From positions 4,576,001 through 4,640,000 of the forward strand of contig OZ253462.1 of NCBI GenBank assembly GCA_965261395.1: a DNA stretch of 64,000 bases, read 5' to 3'. The position numbers were made by a program, and so were the translations under genes. Below the pieces are notes generated by a model. It did no database searches. It had not been told where the DNA came from and worked only from the letters and a program-made list of their open reading frames with translations. This stretch comes from Candidatus Latescibacterota bacterium (GTDB lineage Bacteria; Latescibacterota; UBA2968; UBA8231). Positions within the stretch are counted from its first letter, which is position 1; every line of letters begins with the position of its first letter. Positions 46,277 through 54,899 of the stretch are shown piece by piece.

Positions 46277-48749
46277 AGACCAAGCGGCATTCCTCTCTCA
46301 GAGAATCCGGCCGATGTATACGATGTATACGAGGAATGCCATTACCCGTCTCTTCGTACACAACGGCTTGTAGCACCTCCTTGGCAGCAGAGTTTGAGCA
46401 TACGATGTGGAAGCAGTCCAAATGGCCAAAGAAAAAGTCAAAATAGGGATCGCTATTCTCCAAGACCTTATGACGTAATGCCTCATTTTGCACATTGGCC
46501 TCCGTTAGTGCTGGAGTACCAATACTGATACCGTGAAATTCCACGGGGATCCATCCGAGATCCGAGATGAAGATCTCAGCCCACGTGTGCCCAAATACCA
46601 CTTCATCATACGTTCGGTTCTCGTACCTGCTCGGCCCTAGAGGATTGACCGCTATGGCTCCGGCTTGCTCGCGAGCTGGTATTTTTAGCAGGCGACAAAG
46701 GGCAGTGAAGGCACGAGCCAACGTAATACAATGTCCGCCGTCGTCCGCTAGTGCTTTTAGGGTGCTACACCGATAGCATTGGCAGCTATCTTTGGTTTTC
46801 TTGAAATGCTTGTTTTTGGCCAAATGGTAGTATAACGAACGGGCTTTTTCTAAATCGCTCGATTCTCCGTCTATATTCACATCCTCCCAACAACTGCAGA
46901 CGAGTGGATGTTCTGCCAAGGATTCATCAACAGTAGTATAGAGCTCAAACTCTTCGGGTGTGAGCACCTCTGTTGCTCGACCCATCGCTCTCGCATAAAC
47001 CGTCAATTCGCACACGTAAGAAAACGTATATGCCTCGCCGGAGCTAAAATCACAAACAGCAGGATAGCCATAGAAAAAACCCGAATGCGGCAAAAAGTGG
47101 CTCTGGATTTCCGTAGGATAGCAAGATAGCAGTTTTATATCCTTCTGAAAGTCGGTGGTTATTGGGTAGGGCAGAAATATCCGCACATTATGTGTTGTAT
47201 CCTCGGTAGCAGATAGAGTGAAGGTATAAGTCAGCCGCAAGCGCTGACTCTCCATAGCGGGATGAAGCGCACCATTTTTTTTGTTAATGAAGAACGAACG
47301 CATCTCCTCACGCGCCTCGTAATCACACGCAAAAAAGCGAGCGTCGTTGTCGTAGAGCCAGTTCCACGAATCAAGGCGATCGTACCATATCCCGTCTTGT
47401 TTCACTTCATGCGGCATCTGGCTATTTTGCCCGTTTTCGAGCATCTCTTCAATTTGCTCGTCATTGAGCACCGTGCTCAACGACAACTGCCGGGCAAAGT
47501 CGCGTTGGCTCATCTGGTAATACGGATCGAGCCGGCCTTCTTCAGTGCGACTCATCCAGTACCCATCAATTACATCTGCGACGCGATTCGCGTCCTGCCA
47601 TTCTCGTATATCGGCAGCAAAAGCACGGCATCGTCTAGCGAATATCGCATAGTGGTTTAACAGCCCCTCGATACTTTGGACGAGAGCCGTCGGTCGGGTG
47701 AAGTCTCGGTAGCTCAATTTGATACCTAGCCCTAGTGCTTGCAGGCGGTCGATAAAATACTCTTGAGTAAAATTCGTGGGAAGCCCAATGACTGGTATTC
47801 CCTTGAACAGAGCTTGGTAGAAGAAACCGTGATCCCCGCCGCCAGCAAAGACAGCCGCTTGGGAGGCGGCCTGCCGCAAAAAACTCGGATCGACGATCTC
47901 GCAGTTTTCTATTGGGTCGATACGCACTCCAACAGGTGGAACCACCCACTGCCGAATCCCTTGCATCCCCAGCTTTTGCACGGCCTCTTGAATAAAGGGC
48001 CAATCGGCCCCCAGCGTTCTGAGATCCCAGTACACCCCCTCCCGCTCCACATCGCCTTGCTCCTCTGCATCAAGCCCCTCAAGCAGCGGTCCTACAAAGG
48101 AGTAGTTGGCAGGCGTCTCCTGTCCCAGTGGATGAACCGCTGGAATATCGCAGAGCAGATACATTTCCCCGAATGTCGTCCCATAAGTCCATTCTCGATG
48201 TGAAGCACGTTCGATTATGTCCTCCCAAGTACGCACAAACTCAGGCGAGAGAATAGGGCAAGAGTATTCGGGTATGTTATATGCCGACGTTATCCAAACC
48301 ACATCAAGCCCTTCCAGTGCCGCAGCCAAGCGCAGCGTGGGACGGGAATCTACGATAGCGAGGTCAGGCTTCAGGCGGGCAATCAACGCTCGCTCGGCTT
48401 CCACGCTCTGATGGATGAACGAATCGTAGTCCGCCTCATTCGTTCCAAAATCCAGTACTGCTCCCAAGTCTTGTATCGGCGTGGCGAGGTCGTGCAGCGG
48501 GAAATCCTCTTGCCGGATTTGGTCGGCAAACGAGCCAGTGCCAGCAAAATCGACGCTGTATCCTCGGCGACGGAGCGTCGTACCCACCACCAAAGAACGA
48601 TGCGCGGAAACGCTATCAAAGCCGTGAAAAAAGATCAGTATTGAAACTCTGTCCCGACCTAGACGACGCGAGCGTTCTTTTTCCTCAAGACGTCTGATGA
48701 CCTTGAAGAGCCTAGCTACGGTCCGCTGCCGTATTGCGTTGAACATCAT
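46263..48749 (-). CDS. GT-B glycosyltransferase-like domain fused to transglutaminase-like domain
   Basis: N-half LRRRGYSVDFAG, PDLAIVD, FVGPL, GIPVIGLP...LGLG; C-half GGHCITLARAFTALCRLLKIPAR and GHTWAEIF..GWIPVE. Confidence 0.8.
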   Translation of the reverse strand: MMFNAIRQRTVARLFKVIRRLEEKERSRRLGRDRVSILIFFHGFDSVSAHRSLVVGTTLRRRGYSVDFAGTGSFADQIRQEDFPLHDLATPIQDLGAVLDFGTNEADYDSFIHQSVEAERALIARLKPDLAIVDSRPTLRLAAALEGLDVVWITSAYNIPEYSCPILSPEFVRTWEDIIERASHREWTYGTTFGEMYLLCDIPAVHPLGQETPANYSFVGPLLEGLDAEEQGDVEREGVYWDLRTLGADWPFIQEAVQKLGMQGIRQWVVPPVGVRIDPIENCEIVDPSFLRQAASQAAVFAGGGDHGFFYQALFKGIPVIGLPTNFTQEYFIDRLQALGLGIKLSYRDFTRPTALVQSIEGLLNHYAIFARRCRAFAADIREWQDANRVADVIDGYWMSRTEEGRLDPYYQMSQRDFARQLSLSTVLNDEQIEEMLENGQNSQMPHEVKQDGIWYDRLDSWNWLYDNDARFFACDYEAREEMRSFFINKKNGALHPAMESQRLRLTYTFTLSATEDTTHNVRIFLPYPITTDFQKDIKLLSCYPTEIQSHFLPHSGFFYGYPAVCDFSSGEAYTFSYVCELTVYARAMGRATEVLTPEEFELYTTVDESLAEHPLVCSCWEDVNIDGESSDLEKARSLYYHLAKNKHFKKTKDSCQCYRCSTLKALADDGGHCITLARAFTALCRLLKIPAREQAGAIAVNPLGPSRYENRTYDEVVFGHTWAEIFISDLGWIPVEFHGISIGTPALTEANVQNEALRHKVLENSDPYFDFFFGHLDCFHIVCSNSAAKEVLQAVVYEETGNGIPRIHRIHRPDSLREECRLVFECI

Positions 48750-48757
48750 TTTGTCCT

Positions 48758-49963
48758 TTACATTCGGCCGCTCGTCCTCAGCAGCTCTTCTACGAACTCA
48801 ACCTTGTCGTCTAGCTGAAGTTCGCGGTATAATTCCAGCGCTTGCCGCCACTGAAGTAAGGCATCAAAAGGAGCCTGATTCGACGCATAGATCCTCCCCA
48901 AGCTGACTCTAACGTCGGCCACGGCTTCCAAGTCCGATACTTTCTCAAACAGTTGCACCGCCTGCCGATATGCCTCCTCAGCCGCATTAAAGTTTTCAAC
49001 GTCCATATAGGCATCACCCAAAAGAGCCGCTTGTACCGCCCGACCTTTGTTGTCCCCAATCGCGTCAAATAGCTCCCTAGCCTGCTGGAACAACGCCGCG
49101 GCTTCTCGCGTGTCACCTTTCTCCCGTAGCACCTGCCCAAGACCGCCCATGGTGCGAGCCTCAAACTGTCTATTGCCTAATTTTTGTTGAATGGCCAGCG
49201 TCCGACGGTACATGGCTTCCGCCTCATCAAACCGACCCGTCTGGCTATATACGCCTCCCAGAACGCTGTAATGATGAGCCAACCCCTCGTCTCGCTGGAG
49301 CCGCTCCTCAATCGCAATGCCTTTTTTGAGGATGTCTTCGGCCTCGGCCAAACGCTTCTGCCCGAGATAGACTAGACCCAAGCCCTGATAGTGGCCAGAA
49401 ATACCCGGCAGATCGCCGAGTTCTTGGCAAACGTTCAGGCCCTGCTGGAAGTAGGCTTCGGCTTCTTCTGGTTTGTTCTGCTGGAGCACCAACTGCCCCA
49501 AGTTGCCGCATTCTTCAGCCCAATAGGCCCTATTTCCCGACGCCTCGTGGAGTTGCTGAGCGCGGGTGTGCAGTTCTTGCGCTTCTCCGATTTTTCCTTG
49601 GAGATGGGCGACAAAGCCTCTATTGCTATAGTTGACGGCCAGACGCTCCTCATCTCGGCGTTCACTATTGATCTCAAAGGCTGTATTGAGATAGTCAACC
49701 GCCTTATCCATCCGCCCCTTGACTTGGTACATAAGTCCCAAGCCGCTACACGCATCTGCTTCCAACTCATGTTCCTGTAACTGCCGTGCTTGCGCAAGGG
49801 CTCTTTGATACAATGCTTCAGCCTTGTCGAGTTCACCTTGTTCCTTGTGATAACGGCCCAAAAGGAGACAAGCCTTCGCTTGGGTGTGTAGATCGCGATC
49901 TTGTGCGACACGCGCACGCTGTATCGCTACGTCGCGTTCGGAAATTAACGGAATGATTTCCAT
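48758..49963 (-). CDS. TPR-repeat protein (40-aa TPR_12 type)
   Basis: Tandem NLG/GLG..EA....AL repeats; no signal peptide. Confidence 0.88.
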   Translation of the reverse strand: MEIIPLISERDVAIQRARVAQDRDLHTQAKACLLLGRYHKEQGELDKAEALYQRALAQARQLQEHELEADACSGLGLMYQVKGRMDKAVDYLNTAFEINSERRDEERLAVNYSNRGFVAHLQGKIGEAQELHTRAQQLHEASGNRAYWAEECGNLGQLVLQQNKPEEAEAYFQQGLNVCQELGDLPGISGHYQGLGLVYLGQKRLAEAEDILKKGIAIEERLQRDEGLAHHYSVLGGVYSQTGRFDEAEAMYRRTLAIQQKLGNRQFEARTMGGLGQVLREKGDTREAAALFQQARELFDAIGDNKGRAVQAALLGDAYMDVENFNAAEEAYRQAVQLFEKVSDLEAVADVRVSLGRIYASNQAPFDALLQWRQALELYRELQLDDKVEFVEELLRTSGRM

Positions 49964-49984
49964 ACCTCGCAGTGCCCTCCCCGG

Positions 49985-50515
49985 TTATAACTTTTGCACT
50001 GCTTCCCATACCGGAGGCATCCCTCGTGCAAAAGAGGAAATGGTCCCCTCCTCGCTCACCACGTAAAACTGCGGTACGCCCCCGATCTTATAAGCTTGTG
50101 CAACCGCACCCGCCGAATCGACCAAAACGGGTATCGTTAGGTCATGTTTTTCGACGATTTGCTGCACTTCGTCCTTAGTACCTCGGCTGACCAGTAGCAA
50201 ACGACTCTCTTTGGGAAGGTCGTACTCTACCAAGTAACTTTCCAAGTCATTGCAATACGGGCAGGTAGGGGTTACAAAAATCAGCCCTATCCGCTGCCCC
50301 TTAAAGCTGCTGAGACTGACGTTACCTCCTTGCACAGAGGGCAATTCAAAATCAGGGGCGTCCGTTCCTTCAGACAGAGGCTCAGAACGCGTCGTATCCC
50401 CCTCGCTCCAGACGACCCCCGCTGGTTCCTCAGACTTCTCCTTGAAAATCAGCACGAGCAACAAGACCACACTAACAAGCCCGGCGATCTTCCAATGCTT
50501 TTGATCGGCCATCAT
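49985..50515 (-). CDS. Membrane-anchored TlpA/redoxin-family thiol-disulfide oxidoreductase
   Basis: TM anchor; APDFEL, CPYC, GVP cis-Pro. Confidence 0.85.
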   Translation of the reverse strand: MMADQKHWKIAGLVSVVLLLVLIFKEKSEEPAGVVWSEGDTTRSEPLSEGTDAPDFELPSVQGGNVSLSSFKGQRIGLIFVTPTCPYCNDLESYLVEYDLPKESRLLLVSRGTKDEVQQIVEKHDLTIPVLVDSAGAVAQAYKIGGVPQFYVVSEEGTISSFARGMPPVWEAVQKL

Positions 50516-51066
50516 TCGGTCCTCTCTTTTTCAATTACTTTTTGCGCGGATTGCACAATGTTCTCAATCGGGAAGCCTCCGCCCCTAACGGCCTCGACGA
50601 TCTTTTGTTCCCTATCCACCAAGAGCACGGTCGGGAAATTCGTGATGTTGAGATGCTCCATCGTCAGTAACAGCGTATCTACGACAATGGGAAAAGCCAA
50701 GCCATGCTCGGTGACTTTTTCCATCAATCCTTCCCGGGTGTTGGAAACCATCAGGATGGGAATATCTGTAGCCGCTTTCCCTATAATGGGGTACATGGTA
50801 TCACAGGCATCACAGCCCGGCAACGTAAAGACCAGTAGGTGGGATTCGCCCTTGTACAGATGGGTAGAGATCAGGCCGCCATCTAACTGTTCGAGTTCGT
50901 ATTCCGGGACGAGCTCCCCAAGCAGATGATCCAAACCTGTATCCATTAGGACGATTGTAGGATTGTTGATTTTTGTGGCTAACAATATACTGGTCCCCAA
51001 GAGGATGCCCAGCACCGTCGAAAGGAACAGCATCGCCACTGGCGGTTTTGGACGCACATCTTCCAT
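50512..51066 (-). CDS. Membrane-anchored redoxin-family oxidoreductase
   Basis: TM anchor; CDAC, FPIVVD, NFPTVLLVD. Confidence 0.8.
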   Translation of the reverse strand: MEDVRPKPPVAMLFLSTVLGILLGTSILLATKINNPTIVLMDTGLDHLLGELVPEYELEQLDGGLISTHLYKGESHLLVFTLPGCDACDTMYPIIGKAATDIPILMVSNTREGLMEKVTEHGLAFPIVVDTLLLTMEHLNITNFPTVLLVDREQKIVEAVRGGGFPIENIVQSAQKVIEKERTE

Positions 51067-51084
51067 CGCGTATCTTTCCTTTCC

Positions 51085-52242
51085 CTAAAACGCATCGAAC
51101 AACGGCTGAATCCACCTATTGGCTGGCCGGACGATACTGCCTGCCCATATCAGAGTTAGGCTGACGCCAACCATCAAGGCCGGCGCAAAGGGGAGCGATA
51201 GTTCAATCTCTAACTGATCGTCCCATTCACGGAATAATCCCTTTTTTTCTAAGTCTTTTAATCGGCGCACTTTCCCGATGGTCAACGGCTTGCCCGTTCG
51301 GCCTATTAGCTCCCCCGCATCTCTACCCTGCCCGCCGAACGGAACTACTTCGACTCGGCCTTCCTCGGAGGCTTCATAAATCGACTGGTGTAGCACCATG
51401 CCCGGCTGTAAGGCATCGATAGAGACCGGCTGCACAAACTTCTGGTATTCGAGAGAATGGATATACACATAGACGTTCCGTATGCCCCACAGCACGGCCC
51501 AAAGCACTAGATAGATCAGGTAATCCCCGGTGCTGATGGCACTGAAGACACCTATTACAAGCCCGGGAACGACCAAGATGATTCTATTGGGTGCCTTGGT
51601 CAGATCTTCATGGATCAAATAGAGCACAGCCCCCACCACGATAGCCTCAGCAAGGGTCAACGTCCCGCCGACCAGCGTCGTCCCACCTAACACCAGCCCG
51701 CTCAGTCCTGCTGCCTCAACCCCAGAGCGCAACCATCCCCAACTCATGCCCTTTCTATGCTCACTTGCAGAGGTCTCGATGGGTTTTGCGGGTTTATGAA
51801 TGACCATAAGGACTATAAGAAAAACGGTATTGGTCAAAATGGTGTTGACCAACAAGGCCCAAAGAGGAGTATCCAGCGCAAAGAAGGCTAAGGAGAACGT
51901 CGGCCACTTCGGACCAAACAACGTACTCGGTATAGCCGCGACCATGGCCCAATACAGCTTAGCATCCCCCGCCCCCCAAAAGCCATACATAAACAACAGG
52001 TAGCCTACGGCAAAGCCCAGCAGAAAGGATAGGCCGATCTGTACGAGTGTAACCTCGCCCAATACCCACAACCCAATCTGCCCTATCAGCCCAAGACCGA
52101 GCAAAATCCAAGTAGCCGAGTTGGGAATCTCTCTATGGCTGAGGTCCGTATAGGTGGTGTAGGAGGCAACAACCATGATCGAGCACAACAGACCCCATTC
52201 TAACAAGAAGACGGGATCCATCTCATTCAGCAACATATCCAT
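51085..52242 (-). CDS. A24-family prepilin/preflagellin peptidase, long archaeal-like form
   Basis: TDLSHREIPN and WGAGDAKL catalytic Asp motifs; LQPGMVL insert; LPFAPAL C-terminus. Confidence 0.85.
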   Translation of the reverse strand: MDMLLNEMDPVFLLEWGLLCSIMVVASYTTYTDLSHREIPNSATWILLGLGLIGQIGLWVLGEVTLVQIGLSFLLGFAVGYLLFMYGFWGAGDAKLYWAMVAAIPSTLFGPKWPTFSLAFFALDTPLWALLVNTILTNTVFLIVLMVIHKPAKPIETSASEHRKGMSWGWLRSGVEAAGLSGLVLGGTTLVGGTLTLAEAIVVGAVLYLIHEDLTKAPNRIILVVPGLVIGVFSAISTGDYLIYLVLWAVLWGIRNVYVYIHSLEYQKFVQPVSIDALQPGMVLHQSIYEASEEGRVEVVPFGGQGRDAGELIGRTGKPLTIGKVRRLKDLEKKGLFREWDDQLEIELSLPFAPALMVGVSLTLIWAGSIVRPANRWIQPLFDAF

Positions 52243-52255
52243 AGCCCAATACTCC

Positions 52256-52846
52256 TCAAAAAGCGGTTCCCTTGGACTCCGCTAGCCAACTTCCCGCTTG
52301 GCTCCATTGAGTCACTAAGGCATTCACGGACAGGGTTGCCCCTGTTATTCCATCGATATCCCGGCCTACAACTAAAGGCTCAGAGAGTGCTCGCCCGATC
52401 AGTTGGGCAAAGAAGGCGGTCGGATCGAAGCGGCCGTCGGCAAGCTCCCAAGATGCCAAGGGCAAAACGCCCGCAACGCGGTCTTCTCCTGGTGCTAAGA
52501 GTATCCCGACCAGTAAATCGCGACAGGTAGGACAGGCAATATCGTGGCGGACGACGACTAGCTTGTAGGCCAACGCTTCGTCCTCCGTAACAACGCGATA
52601 GGCTGATAACACACCAGAACGCGGCGCAGGCACGGCCTGATACACTTCTTTTAGGTGGAGAGAACTCGCTGTGGAATCAAACGCGGCGAGACCGCGCAGC
52701 ACAACTTCTTTAGGCGGAATGGACGGCAGGGGCGATTCGGGGCTGAGGCCCTTTTCATACAGGCCAATAAGCATAATGATCGCAGGTATTAGTAGCAGGA
52801 TTAAACCAGAGTAAATCCAGTATAATGGATGCTTAGGCTGTCCCAT
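52256..52846 (-). CDS. Membrane-anchored FMN-binding domain protein
   Basis: Flavinylation motif DGITGATLS; CPTC motif; N-terminal TM. Confidence 0.75.
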   Translation of the reverse strand: MGQPKHPLYWIYSGLILLLIPAIIMLIGLYEKGLSPESPLPSIPPKEVVLRGLAAFDSTASSLHLKEVYQAVPAPRSGVLSAYRVVTEDEALAYKLVVVRHDIACPTCRDLLVGILLAPGEDRVAGVLPLASWELADGRFDPTAFFAQLIGRALSEPLVVGRDIDGITGATLSVNALVTQWSQAGSWLAESKGTAF

Positions 52847-52892
52847 GCCGTCTTATCCTCGTTCGAGTCAAATAGCTCAAAAGAATGTCCTC

Positions 52893-53744
52893 TTAGGGCA
52901 ACTTCGTCGTCTTCTTGGCTTCTATTTGTCCGTCCACCTCAACCTTATAGATATACACCCCGGCGGCCACCGCCTTGCCCGCCTCGTCGCGGCCATTCCA
53001 CACAAACCGATGACGGCCCGCCCCCAGCGGCCCGTCCCACAACTGCCGCACCCGATGCCCCAACACGTCGTAGAGCGCCAAGTGAACCCGCTCCTCGTCG
53101 GTCGCCAAGTCGAGGGGAATGATCATCTGGGGATTAAACGGATTGGGATAGCTTGCGCCCAGCCGATGCTGTGCCGGTCGGCCCGCGATCTCTGAGGTCA
53201 GCACCGCGGTCATCTGATCCTGCTCGGACTCCGAACAAGGAGTGGAGGAGCACTTACAAGATCCTTGCCAATAAATGTCGCCGTCCGCGCCATAGTAAGT
53301 GGTGCAGTACCGGTATGGCTCGGTTGAGTTAAACTCCGCGCAATCGTCGAAGTAGCTGCACTCAATCTTCGTATTGATCCGCTCGAGGCACATATCGGCA
53401 TCCGACACGGTGGGCGCGACCTCCTGCTCGGACTCCGAACAAGGGGTAGAGGCGTACCAGCAATTTGCTATGTAGAGGTTGCAGTACGCGTCCAAGCCAT
53501 AGGCGCAGTAGAGGTATTTATCTTGCGGATCCGCCTGCTGTGCGCCACAATCGAAACTGGGGTTGGAGCTACAGCCGATCCAAGTGGACCCGGTCCCACA
53601 CGACACCCTATCGTCTTCGGCGGCAACTTCTCTCGCGCCGAGCAGGACCACAAGCCCCGCAAGGGCACTTACGACCCACCCCAGCCTCTGCCGCATCGGG
53701 GCCAAGTCACTGGACGAGCCAGTGCATTCACGCAACCTGTTCAT
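52893..53744 (-). CDS. Conserved-leader Cys-rich repeat protein with FlgD-like C-terminal domain
   Basis: SD AAGGAGG; leader MNRLRECTGSSSDLAPMRQRLGWVVSALAG..AREVAA; 2 Cys modules; YPNPFNP..WNGRDE..GVYIY. Confidence 0.8.
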   Translation of the reverse strand: MNRLRECTGSSSDLAPMRQRLGWVVSALAGLVVLLGAREVAAEDDRVSCGTGSTWIGCSSNPSFDCGAQQADPQDKYLYCAYGLDAYCNLYIANCWYASTPCSESEQEVAPTVSDADMCLERINTKIECSYFDDCAEFNSTEPYRYCTTYYGADGDIYWQGSCKCSSTPCSESEQDQMTAVLTSEIAGRPAQHRLGASYPNPFNPQMIIPLDLATDEERVHLALYDVLGHRVRQLWDGPLGAGRHRFVWNGRDEAGKAVAAGVYIYKVEVDGQIEAKKTTKLP

Positions 53745-53805
53745 CTCTTTGCCTCCTTCGTGGCAGTACGCCCGCGGCTTGGTGCCGCTACGGTCCTGGA
53801 AGACC

Positions 53806-54798
53806 TCAAGGCAGCTTCGTCGTCTTTTTCGCTTCCACCTGCCCGTCAATTTCGACCTTATAGATATACACCCCGGCGGCCACGTCTTTGCCTACCTCGT
53901 CGCGGCCATCCCAAGTAAAACGATGACTGCCCGCCTGAAGCGGCCCGTCCCACAACTGCCGCACCCGATGACCCAACACGTCGTATACGGCCAACGACAC
54001 CCCCGCTGCGTCCTTGGCCAAATCAAGAGGGAGCACGACCGCCGGATTGAACGGATTGGGGTAGCTGTCGCCGAGCCCATGCTGCGCCAGTCGGCCTACC
54101 GCCGCTGGCGTCAGCACCGCGGTCATCTGCGCCGACTCGGCCTCCGAACAGGGGGTGGAGGAGCAGTCGCAATTTCTCAAATAAATGTCGCCGCGCGCGT
54201 CATAGTACGTGGTGCAGTGCCGATACGGCTCGGTCGAGTTAAACTCCGCGCAATCGTCGAAGTAGCTGCACTCTGTTTCTTGGTTGAAGCAACCATCGGT
54301 CGGCCCGGCGATCTCGGTCAGCTGCTCTACCTCCGAACAGGGCGTGGAGGAGCACTCACAAAATTCTCGAAAATAAATGTCGCCGCGGGCGTCATAATAC
54401 GTGGTGCAGTGCCGATACGGCTCGGTCGAGTTAGACTCCGCGCACCCGCTGTGGTGGCTGCACTCAATTTTTCGGGTCAGCACGATGGGCGCGGTCGGCT
54501 GCTCGGACTCCAAACAAGGCGTGGAGGAGTACCAGCAATCTACTATGTAGAAGGTGCAGTCCGCGTCCAAACCATAGGTGCAGTAGCGATATACCCCCTT
54601 CGGCTCCGCCAGCGCACAATCCGCGCTAGGGCTGCACGCGGTCCAAGTGTACGGGCACTTAGTGTCGGCTTCGGCTTCCGCGGTCCCGAGCAGAACCACA
54701 AGCCCGGCAAGGGCACGGACGATCCACCCGAGTCCCAGCCCCTGCCGCATCGGAGCCAAGCCACTGGACGAGCCGATAAATTCACACAATCTGTTCAT
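53806..54798 (-). CDS. Conserved-leader Cys-rich repeat protein with FlgD-like C-terminal domain
   Basis: Leader MNRLCEFIGSSSGLAPMRQGLGLGWIV..AEAEA; 3 Cys modules ending SSTPC.E.E; FlgD tail. Confidence 0.85.
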   Translation of the reverse strand: MNRLCEFIGSSSGLAPMRQGLGLGWIVRALAGLVVLLGTAEAEADTKCPYTWTACSPSADCALAEPKGVYRYCTYGLDADCTFYIVDCWYSSTPCLESEQPTAPIVLTRKIECSHHSGCAESNSTEPYRHCTTYYDARGDIYFREFCECSSTPCSEVEQLTEIAGPTDGCFNQETECSYFDDCAEFNSTEPYRHCTTYYDARGDIYLRNCDCSSTPCSEAESAQMTAVLTPAAVGRLAQHGLGDSYPNPFNPAVVLPLDLAKDAAGVSLAVYDVLGHRVRQLWDGPLQAGSHRFTWDGRDEVGKDVAAGVYIYKVEIDGQVEAKKTTKLP

Positions 54799-54899
54799 CT
54801 CTTGCCTCCTTCGTTGCCCAGTATTCCTGCGGCCCGGTGGCTATGGTACTGAGCAAGGGCCGGTACGAGTGCGTAAGGCCGCATAGACTCATCCTCCCC

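Noticed and set aside
46312-46331. 9-bp tandem duplication (RIHRIH)
   Set aside because: In-frame micro-duplication near the C-terminus with no evident significance.
54795-54884. 29-aa upstream ORF MRPYALVP...GGKR overlapping the precursor start
   Set aside because: It has an SD but the peptide is not conserved in frame before the paralogs; conservation fits RNA structure better.
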